This document shows, one piece after another, positions 53,311 through 64,000 of a stretch of 64,000 nt of DNA. Source of the DNA: Dendrobates tinctorius (taxonomy: Eukaryota); assembly GCF_039654945.1 (NCBI RefSeq), contig NW_027361993.1, forward strand, positions 10,416,001 to 10,480,000, read 5' to 3'. Both the position numbers and the translations under genes were made by a program. How positions within the stretch are numbered: the stretch's first letter is position 1; every line of letters begins with the position of its first letter. The notes under the pieces are model-generated. The model was given only the letters and a program-made list of their open reading frames with translations. It searched no databases and was not told the origin of the DNA.

Positions 53311-54754
53311 TTCAGTAATAAATGGGTAAAAGAGGGTGGGGGGTATTTATTTCAAACAAAAGAGTCTGGGACTTTCTTTCAATTAAAGGATTTTATTCTG
53401 GTTATATATTTTTTACAATATGACTATGGGATTAGTAATGTTAATAAAGACGCCTCTCCATTACTAATCTCTGGGCTTGATGTCAGCGTCCATATAACAG
53501 TTGACATCAATCCCAACTCTATTACCCCACTTCCCACTGCACCCGGGCAAGTGGGAAGAGCAAGGCTAAGAGCCAGATTTGGCGCATCTTATGGATGCGC
53601 AATTTCTGGGGTGGCTGAGAGATGATGTTCTTAGTCAGGGAGGGGCCTATATTCATGGCTCTTCTATAGCCTATTATTATCAACCCGCAGCTTTCTGCCT
53701 AGCCTTTGCGCAGGCTATTAATTATAGAGGGGGACCCCACGTCATCTTTTTGGGGTCCCCCATTTTAATAACCAGTAGGCAGCTGTGAGCTGATATTAAT
53801 AGCCGGCAAAGCTATATGTTTATTACCCCCATTCCAGGCTATAAGCATCTGCCCCCATCTGTCAACTTTCCCTCAGCTGGTTATTAAAAATATGGGGGAA
53901 CCCAGTACATTTTTTCTTACATATTTAATTATTAGCTAAACACATATATAATCAGTGCAATGCAGCTTACTGTAGATCTTAATTGTATCTATTGATCTAA
54001 TTATCGATCTACCTATCTAAATCTGTATCTGAGATTGTTTTATTAGTTACTAAACTAGCTTGAAATGACATAGAGAATTCCTGTATGTAAAAGTTGATGT
54101 TAAAAACACATTGCATATGGATTTGCATATAGATGTCATATGGATACTGTGTGAAAAGAATTGCATTGTACTTACATGACACTTGTACTTCTTTCAGGAA
54201 TAACATTGGACCAATTTTGAGTATGAGCCCATAGAAAGAGCAGCTAGTTGGCACCTGACTGTGAGTAGGCAAATCGCATATGTGCTTGGGAGTGGAGGAA
54301 CGCCTAACTGAATTCTTACCCTGTATGCTGGAAAACCTGGATACACCTGTGAACGATGGCATGGGAAAGATCACGTAGAATCCCACCACTGTCATCACAT
54401 GTGACGAACCCCGCAACCCGCCACCTGCCTGACGTCACTATTCGTAGATTGCCCAAAATTTGAAAAATGTTTGCTTCCCTGCGTAAAGAGCATCACATCT
54501 GTCCAGGTGTTATACCTGTTATTAAATCTTAGCATTATTGACCTGAACGGGGCTGAGGTGCATCAACGCACACTTATCTTATGGACAGGTTGGGCACTGT
54601 TTATGGAAGAATACAGCCATGTTATTCTTAAATATCCCTTTTATTAATAAGCGATGGTTCACTCAAGTTGGAATTGCTGTATACAATTTTGCAACGATTT
54701 TTGGGGAAATCTATAAATAAAATCTAAGCTGAGTTGTGTGGATATTGGTGCAGA

Positions 54755-57700
54755 TTTACAAGTTACAAGGACACTAAACTTCAGGAAGGCAAATTTCCAA
54801 CGGATGAGAGATGATCTTGGTGCAATTAACTGGGACGATATCCTGAGACTTAAAATTACACAAAGAAAATGGGAGACGTTTATTAGCATCCTGAATAGGA
54901 CCTGTGCACAATATATACCATATGGGAATAAACATGCAAGAAATAGGAGGAAACCACTATGGCTAAATAGAGCTGTAAGAGGCGCAATAGGTGACAAAAA
55001 GAAAGTATTTAGAGAATTAAAGCAAGGAGGTAGTGATGAGGCATTAACTAAATACAGAAAATTAAATAAATTCTGTAAAAAGCAAATCAAAACAGCAAAA
55101 ATTGAGACAGAGAGACTCATTGCCAGAGAAAGTAAAAATAATCCCAAAATATTCTTTAACTACATAAATAGTAAGAAACTAAAAAATGATAGTGTTGGCC
55201 CCCTTAAAAATAGTCTGGGTGAAATGGTGGATGAGGATGAGGAAAAAGCCAATATGCTAAATGACTTTTTTTCATCAGTATTTACACAAGAAAATTCCAT
55301 GACGGATAACATGATCAGTGATAAAAATTCTCCGTTAAATGTCACCTGCTTAACCCAGCAGGAAGTACGGCGGCGTCTAAAAATCACTAAAATTGACAAA
55401 TCCCCGGGCCCGGATGGGATACACCTCCGAGTACTGCAGGAATTAAGCACAGTCATAGATAGACCATTATTTTTAATTTTTAAAGATTCCATAATAACAT
55501 TGTCTGTACCACAGGACTGGTGTATAGCAAATGTGGTGCCAATATTCAAAAAGGGGACAAAAACTGAACTTGGAAATTATAGGCCAGTGAGTTTAACCTC
55601 AACTGTGGGTAAAATCCTGGAGGGTTTTCTAAGAGATACTATACTGGAGTATCTGGAGAAGAATAAACTTATGACCCAATATCAACATGGGTTTGCAAGG
55701 GACCGTTCGTGTCAGACTAATCTGATAAGCTTTTATGAAGAGGTAAGTTCCGGACTGGACCAAGGGAATGCAGTGGATGTGGTGTACATGGACTTTTCAA
55801 AAGCTTTTGATACGGTGCCACACAAAAGGTTGATACATAAAATGAAAACAATGGGGATAGGGGAAAATACGTGTAAATGGGTTAAGAGCTGGCTCAGGGA
55901 TAGGAAACAAAGGGTGGTTATTAATGGAGCACACTCAGACTGGGTCACGGTTAGCAGTGGGGTACCACAGGGGTCAGTTTTGGGCCCGCTTCTTTTTAAC
56001 ATATTTATTAATGACCTTGTAGGGGGCATAGAGAGTAGAATTTCAATATTTGCAGATAACACTAAACTCTGCAGGGTAATCAATACAGAGGAGGACAATT
56101 TTATATTACAGGAGGATTTATGTAAACTAGAAGCTTGGGCTGATAAATGGCAAATGAACTTTAATGGGGATAAATGTAAGATCATGCACTTGGGTAGAAA
56201 AAACACGATGTATAATTATGTGCTTAATTGTAAAACACTGGGCAAAACAGTCACTGAAAAAGACCTGGGTGTATGGGTGGACGACAAACTCACATTTAGC
56301 GGCCAGTGTCAGGCAGCTGCTGCAAAGGCAAATAAAATAATGGGATGCATTAAAAGAGGCATAGATGCCCATGAGGAGAACATAATTTTACCTCTATATA
56401 AGTCACTAGTGCGACCACACTTAGAATACTGTGTACAGTTCTGCGCAATATGGAAAAAAATTCCAGCATCCAGATCAGTAATTAGATTAAAAAATTTTTT
56501 ATTCCTTTATTCCAAAATTTAAAAAAATCATAAGATTCTCCATCATGATAAGAGACGCATCAGGACGTGTAGTTGGACGCGTTTCGGACAAAAAACCAGT
56601 CCTTATTCTAAGACAACACATAATACATCTGAACACATGCTTATAAAGGGAAACAAAGGAAGTCAAGGAACAATCAAGACTAAACATAGCCAGCTGATTA
56701 ATGGGAGGTAGTAAGTCAAAATCACACTTACAAAACACTCAAAATCTCACTCCTAATATTCATACCCGTTGGAACTCTGCTTTGTAACAATAACATCCAT
56801 TTTGCCTCTCGGCGTAATAATAAATCATTTAAATTTCCACCTACCCTCTTTGTCTGCACCTTCTCTATGGCATTAACCCTAAAGTTGCTGAGATCTCCTT
56901 TATGTATATGCAAAAAATGTCGAGAAGCAGCAGACAAACTGCGTGTAGTAGTGTGACCTACGTCATAAACGTGCTCGGAAATACGACGTCTCAAGGTGCG
57001 TGAAGTATTTCCCACATACTGAATATTACAATCCACGCATGTTATGACATAGATCACACCAGTAGAACCACAGTTCAAAAAAGATTTTATTTTAAATTCC
57101 TTTCCATTAACAGAAGATACTATTTTTTCTGTGTTCCACATAAACCTACAAAGCCCACAGTTTTTCTGAGCACATTTAAAAGATCCACAAGTGGGTAACC
57201 AATTAGTTATACTTGCTGAACTGTCTGAAAAAAATTTATTAGCATGTCTATTGACACTAGTATGATCACTTGGAGATACCTTATTAGCAATAGTTTTATT
57301 CCTCCTTGAAACAAATCTAATCCCATCCTTCAGTATATTCTTTAATGTATCATCAACATACAAAATAGGGAGGAATTTTTTAATAATATGAACAATCCTG
57401 TAGTAGTCAGTACTAAAATTAGTTGAAAAAACAATAGGTGACCGACCCCCCACAGAATTTGGTGTTTTTCTGCTTTCCTTCTGCAAATAATCCTCTCTAC
57501 TTTTTTCATCCGTTCTATGCTTAGCTTTCTGAATGTCTACCTTAGTATAACCCCTTTTTATAAAACGTTTACCAATGATCTCACATTGTTTATCGTATAA
57601 ATTAGGCGTGGTACATGTTCTTTTTGCTCTTACAAACTCCCCTGTAGGTATATTGGCTATAACATGACGTGGATAACAGCTAGATGCGTGTAACAGTGAA

Positions 57701-60036
57701 TTACCTGCCGTAGGTTTTCTAAAAATATCACAATCAATCTTTCTTTCTTCCAAATTTGCCGACAAAAGAATATCCAAAAACGAAATTGTCTTGGCATCAA
57801 ATTGATGTGTGAAACGTATATTGCATGGATTATTATTAATATAGAACATGAAATTCTCAATATTAAATACATCACCATCCCACACAATTATAACATCATC
57901 AATAAATCTCAAAAAAAGAAAAATATCAGAAGAAAAAGGATTTTTTTCAGAAAAAATATACTCCTCCTCCCACCAGGCCATAAAAATATTAGCAAGAGAC
58001 GGTGAAAACTTGGAACCCATGGAACAGCCTTGCACCTGTAAATAAAGATCATCCAAAAAAGAAAAAAAATTGTTTTTTAACAAAAAATAGGTCACTTCAA
58101 TCAAATACATCTGTAAATCTTCTGAAAAATTACTGTATTTCTGTAAATAAGTAGTAAGAGCCAAAATAGCCAAATCGTGTGGGATGGAAGTGTACAAACT
58201 TTGTACATCACAAGTGAGCCAACAAAAGGAACTTCGCCATTCCACCTGAGAAAAAATACTAAGAACATGCTTCGAATCCTGCACATAGCTAGGTGAAATA
58301 GTGGCTAGAGGTTTTAATCTTGCATCCAACCATTCCGACAAGTTTTCATTAAGAGATCCTATGCCCGATATGATAGGACGAAACAAAGGTGGAAAAACCT
58401 CCTTATGAACTTTTGGAAGTGCATGTAACAAAGGAACTCTGGGATATAAAGGACAGAAAAATTCACATTGTTTCTGATTAATAATTCCCAAACTAAAACC
58501 CCTATGTAACAATTCCTGTAATTCCATTCTGATGTTATCTGTAGGGTTATAATTAATTCCCTTGTATACCTCACTATTAAAAAGCATAGCCCTCACCTCT
58601 CTTTCATACAGCCCAGTATCTAATATGGTCACAGATCCCCTCTTGTCAGAATTTCTTACCACGATATTGACATTAGCAGATAACAAATCAAGTGCCTGTT
58701 TCTCAGTACGAGAAATGTTAGAACGACCATTCTGATTAGCATTATAGATTTTCATAAGTTCATCCTCAACAAGAAATTGAAAATCATCCATAACTTGCAA
58801 TTTTGACTGCTCAGGATAATATCTAGGATTAGGGACTCTAGAGGAAAAATTAACATCAGTTAAATACGTTAACTTAGAACCAGATTCAGACAAGTCCCTC
58901 AAATTCTTTAGGGTAACTTGCTCCTGGAAAGAAGTAGGCATAAATTCCTCAGGAACTTTATCAACATATTCATCATTGATATTGGAAGTTTTTTCACGTT
59001 CCACATCTTCTGCAAAAAAATGTCTCCTAAGAGTCAATCTTCTCATAAAGTGATTAACATCAAGCATAGTGTTGAATAAGTCCATTTTCGCTGTAGGCAC
59101 AAAATTAAGACCCCTTTCAAGGATATTAATTTGATCAGTCGATAAAATCGATGCAGAAAGGTTCAGGACTGTAAAATTATCAGTTGTATCTAAGCATGCT
59201 TGTTCCGCGCTGATCTCCTGAATTCTCTTATGATGGGAGTGTTTCCTCCCTGATCTCCTCTGACGTTTCTTTTTCCTGAACAGTTTTTTGAAAAACTACT
59301 GCTTTGTGAAATCCGCTGCCCCACATCCCGTGCACACATAAGTCACTAGTGCGACCACACATAGAATACTGTGTACAGTTCTGGTCTCCGGTGTATAAGA
59401 AAGACATAGCTGAACTGGAGCGGGTGCAGAGAAGAGCGACCAAGGTTATTAGGGAACTAGGGGGTCTGCAATACCAAGACAGGTTATTACACTTGGGGTT
59501 ATTTAGTTTGGAGAATCGAAGGCTTAGGGGTGATCTTATTACAATGTATAAATATATGTGGGGACAATACAAAGAGCTTTCTAATGATCTTTTTACTCTT
59601 AGACCTGTGACGGGGACAAGGGGGCATCCTCTACGTCTGGAGGAAAGAAGGTTTAAGCATACTCACAGATGCGGATTCTTTACTGTAAGAGCAGTGAGAC
59701 TATGGAACTCTCTGCCATATGATGTTGTAATGAGTGATTCCCTACTAAAATGTAAGAAGGCACTGGATGCCTTTCTTGAAAAGTATAATAATACAGGGTA
59801 TATACACTAGTTTCCTTAATATTGCGTTGATCCAGGGAGCTAGTCTGATTGCCGTATGTGGAGTCGGGAAGGAATTTTTTTCCCCAATGTGAAGCTTACT
59901 GTTTGCCACATGGGGTTTTTTTTGCCTTCCTCTGGATCAACATGTTAGGGCAAGTTAGGATAGGATATGGGTTGAACTAGATGGACTTAAAGTCTTCCTT
60001 CAACGTTAATAACTATGTTACTATGTTACTATGTTA
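54755..60036 (+). mobile_element. 5'-truncated CR1 LINE split by a Penelope-like insertion
   Basis: RT motifs [39 protein letters not shown] (catalytic D mutated). The frame continues at 59338 (RPHIEYCVQFWSP..LRGDLI..TRGH); (ACTATGTT)n tail at ~60012-60036. Confidence 0.93.
56444..59337 (-). mobile_element. Penelope-like retroelement (Neptune-type) with an uninterrupted RT + GIY-YIG frame
   Basis: Stop-free frame 59295-56728 including VLNLS..LERGLNFVPT, FRPIISG, DVQSLYTSI, MGSKFSP, RFIDD, Cys-rich linker CAQKNCGLC, VIYVITC..YVGNTSR..RISEH. No upstream ATG, so 5' damaged. Confidence 0.93.
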
Positions 60037-60919
60037 GATTTGCCACTGATTTTCCTGAGTGTTATGAAAAGAAGAAGAAAGTCAATGACTTTAAAATCAA
60101 CAGCAAAATAATACCAATCATTTTACAGAATACACTCCTCAGCTGCTGCAGAACATCATAAAACACACTGAGGAGCCAATATCACATTTAATTGCTGCAA
60201 TCGTTTTCCTTTCCACATTAAAACCTTTACATGATGATTTGGTGTTGAGATCAAAGTGAAAAAAATATCAGTTTGCTATGTGTGCAAATATCACAAGTAA
60301 TGTGAGTCCCAATGGGGACAGTGATAACCATGTTGTCTGTAAAGCGCTGCAGAATACAATGGTGGTATAAAAGCATAATAAATGGGGGAGATGGAGCTGA
60401 CAGTCTCTACATGTCCATGGGCAGCATTAGGGAAGAAATCAATCTATTTATCAGGATCATTAATGCATGAAGCGACTCATTATCTGCAGATAAGATCACG
60501 CTGCACTTAATAGGATTAGTTGCCATTTTATAAATTGTTTTCCTACTATGTAAATATATATAATGTTATCTCGTGCCCCACACTCTACTATATATCATCC
60601 TATGTGATGCTGAGGATAATGAGGTGTCACCGAGATGTCAGCCCTCTCTTATCACACCACCACATCCTTTGTCCTCAGAGACCAGACCCAGGACCCTCAT
60701 CTCCAGCACATGAGATATCACATGTAAGTCAATTAGAAAATCCTTATTATTTCCCTATCAAGTAATTGTCACTAAGTAAATCAGCACAAAAATATTTTGG
60801 TAAATAACTATTTGCTTTAAACAAAAATTTGCTGTGTATAAACTACAACAGTGGACGGAGCAGCGAGTCAGAATTCAAGATTTTTTAAATGTATTATATA
60901 AAGGATTTTTTAAAGTATT

Positions 60920-61590
60920 TAAGGTGTGTATCATGAGGTTCTGCAGCAGCTGAGGTGTGTATCATGAGGTTCTGCAGCAGCTGAGGTGTGTGTACTATGA
61001 GGTTCTGCCGCAACTGAGAACTGAGGTGTGAATTTTGATGCTCTACAGCAGCTGCGGTGTGAATTATGAGGTTCTGTAGCAGCTGAGGTGTGCATACTAT
61101 GAGGTTCTGCAGCAACTGAGGTGTTTATTATGATGCTCTGCAGCAGCTGAGGTGTGTATTATGACATCCTGCAGCAGCTGAGATGTGGATTATGAGGTTC
61201 TGCAGCAGCTGAAGTGTGTATTATGAGGTTCTGCAGCAGCTGAATTGTGTATTATAGTGTTCTGCTGCAGCTGAGGTGTGTATTGTGATGTTCTGCAGCA
61301 GCTGAGGTGTGTATTATGATGTACTGCAGCAACTTAGTTGTGCATTGTGAGGTTCTGCAGCAGCTAAGATGTATATTATGAAGTTCTGCAGCAGCTGAGG
61401 TGTTGTATTAGGAGGTTCTACAGCAACTGAGGACTGTATAATGATGTTCTGCAGCAGCTAAGATGTGTGTTATGGCATTCTGCAGCAGCTGAGGTGTGTA
61501 TTATGATGTTCTACAGCAGCTGAGATGTGTATTGTCATGTTCTACAGCAGGTGAAGTATGTTATAATGAATTCCACAGCTGAGATGTCTG
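60920..61590. repeat. 31-bp minisatellite
   Basis: Unit GCTGAGGTGTGTATTATGAGGTTCTGCAGCA. Confidence 0.9.
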
Positions 61591-62429
61591 TTAAGAGGTT
61601 TCGCAGCATTGCAGCATCTTATTTGTTTCTTACTACTGTAGTGCAGCGGAGTTGGTGCAGTGTGACAGATAGGCAGGGACCACAGGAAAGTTCACAGCAA
61701 ACGTGTTTAATGTCCAAAAACTCAAACAGTGCACAGCATATGGTGTCCTCCAGATCGCAGCAGTGGCACCACAACAGTCCATACACGAGAACGGTTGCTG
61801 AGGGCGACTGCACCACCGTATCACGCTGCGGGGTGCCAGGCGTTCGCTGCTCTGGGCTCTGTGTTACCTTACAAAGGCTTGACACTGCAAAGCCACCTGC
61901 TCTGCTACTTGTAAACAAACACTGACATACAAACCCTATACTGCAGGGATTTTAACTTGAATCTGTGGCAGTGGGCCACTTGTAAGACCCGGCTTAGAGG
62001 AAGCGGACCGCCCCACTACTGTCCTGTAGTCCGCTTCAAAAATGAAAGCCCTTAGAGGGTTTTCCTGAACATTGCCTTGGCCAAATAGCTTGAAAAGGTC
62101 CACACTCTTTTACTTTGCCTTGTGACTCACACTTGTCCTGCTGTGAATACAAGCCACTCTAGCGGGTCTAATAGGACGCCGTCCGCATCCTGGGAGATAC
62201 ATAACGACCCTCGCATATGATTCCCCTCACTGCCTCACACTACTTTAATATTATTATTACTACTAGAGGTAATAATTTTACATGTGAGGGACAATTCACT
62301 TACATTATAGTTATATAATTATTATTTCTTTTGAATTTCTCAAATTTTCTGTTAGTAAGAATTAGGATATTTTAACATTTCCTCTGTCATATAAGAATGG
62401 ATCAATAGTGAAAACATCAGTGGTCAGTA

Positions 62430-62697
62430 CAATGTGTGATTGGTGCAGGTCCCATCTTGTGGCCGGGGTTTCCCACACTCCAGCAGCCTCTATTATCTCC
62501 TGGATTGGAGCAGATGGACACACGTCCATTGTCCCCGCAGCGGTGGGGTTGGAGGGTGAGTGTGGGAACCTCTTGTAAGTCCGCTCTCCACACATCATTA
62601 TGCAGGGAGAGGGGTATATAGAGGGGAGGCCGCTCACTAGTAGTCAGACAGCTCCTGCCCCACACAGCACAAGACTACAGACTGCCAGACCTGCACC
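62430..62697 (+). promoter_or_regulatory. Notch-responsive promoter of copy 4
   Basis: Same motif set, almost identical to 46137-46404. Confidence 0.8.
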
Positions 62698-63418
62698 ATG
62701 GCCCCATGTAATATGAGGACCCCGGACCACCAGGCTGACAGCGGCCTCAGAAAGGTAAGAGCCCCCCGACTAGTGGCAGCGTCCCCCCCATATATCTACA
62801 CGTAGAAACTTATAGGAACAGGAGTCGGATGTTTTCCAAGTTGTCATCCATAGACATGGCCACTGGCGCAGGGTAATAATGAGAGATTCTTCTTTTCTGC
62901 AGCTGAGGAAGCCGGTGATTGAGAAGATGAGGAGAGATCGGATTAACAGCAGCATTGAGCAGCTCCGCGACTTACTGGAGAAGGAGTTTCAGAGACATCA
63001 GCTCCCCTCCAAACCGGAGAAAGCCGATATCCTGGAGATGACGGTCACCTTCCTGCAGCGGCACATGGCGGAGAGAGGTAAGTGTCGTGTCCGCACTCCT
63101 CACACCCCTCACGTGTTTCTTACCGAGAGCAGAGCAGCCGGTGATGGACGCTGTCACTGACATGTTATCTTTCCTGCTCTAGATGTCACAGCCTCCAGCC
63201 AGGCCCAGAGAGAAGGCTACTCCACCTGCGCCCAGGACGCCGTCACCTTCCTGACCCAGCACAAACAGAGCGACCTCCAGGTCCAGCTGCTGCAGAACCT
63301 CCCTGGGGCTCACACTGTGGTATACAGGGCCGTATCGCCTCCTCTATCTTCTGTCTACCAGACCCCCAACAAATACAGCCCCCCAGACAGCAGCAAAGCC
63401 TTGTGGAGACCCTGGTAG
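62698..63418 (+). CDS. hes5: HES5-like repressor, copy 4 (155 aa)
   Basis: Exons 62698-62754, 62903-63077, 63183-63418; helix-1 variant QLRDLL; ends KALWRPW-TAG. Confidence 0.95.
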
Positions 63419-63445
63419 TGACTGTATCCATTATGTGTGTGTGGA

Positions 63446-64000
63446 CTGGGAGCTGTGTACCCCCAGTATACCTGAGATCTGGGACCTGTGTACCCCCAGT
63501 ATACCTGAGATCCGGGACCAGTGTACCCCCAAGTATTCCTGAGATCCGGGATCTGTGTACCCCCAGTATACCTGAGATCCGGGACCAGTGTACCCCCAGA
63601 GCAGGGAGCTGTGTATCCCCAGTATACCTGAGAGCGGGGAGCTGTGTACCCCCAGTATACCTGAGAGCTGGGACCTGTGTACCCCCCAGTACACCTGAGC
63701 TGGGACCTGTGTACCCCCCAGTACACCTGAGAGCTGGGAGCTGTGTACCCCCAGTACACCTGGGAGCTGTGTACCCCCAGTACACCTGAGAGCTGGGAGC
63801 TGTGTACCCCCAGTATACCTGGGAGCTGTGTACCCTCAGTATACCTGAGAGCTGGGAGCTGTGTACCTCCAGTATACCTGAGAGCAGGGAGCTGTGTACC
63901 CCCATATACCTGAGAGCTGGGAGCTGTGTACCCCCAGAATACTTGAGAGCAGGGAGCTGTGTACCCCCAGTATATCTGAGAGCTGTGTACCCCCAGTATA
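63446..64000. repeat. 33-bp-family minisatellite after copy 4 (runs off the window)
   Basis: Same unit as 47153-48243, with a more variable unit order. Confidence 0.93.

Noticed and set aside
46405-62698. 16.3-kb segmental duplication unit for copies 3 and 4
   Set aside because: Sequence upstream of 46137 and 62430 is unrelated, so only the gene-proximal block is shared.
62968-62970. Asp in helix 1 of copy 4 as an inactivating change
   Set aside because: The position varies among the copies (V/I/D), and Asp is common there in bHLH proteins.

Overview
Eukaryotic, repeat-dense vertebrate genomic DNA. It is most likely a frog (inferred from the hes5 expansion and repeat landscape), with one assembly gap at 24707-24923. 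The host genes are four tandem, same-strand, three-exon HES5-like bHLH-Orange-WRPW Notch-effector genes (ATG at 6374, 39901, 46405, 62698). The copies are almost identical from the proximal promoter to exon 3, but flanks, intron-2 length and 3' ends differ. Copy 1 has a different C-terminus that still ends in WRPW. Copies 3 and 4 have a 33-bp minisatellite right after the stop codon. Unexplained structure includes a fifth, orphan hes5-type promoter at ~20.6 kb with no adjacent hes ORF, and a TCF/LEF + T-box-like motif arrangement that recurs four times (one pair as a local duplication). The rest is mostly transposons, often nested: Tc1, PIF/Harbinger and hAT MITEs, Helitrons, an L2 with a 2A-like peptide, a CR1, and Penelope-like (RT + GIY-YIG) elements with hammerhead-ribozyme motifs. 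All calls were made by eye; no searches were run.
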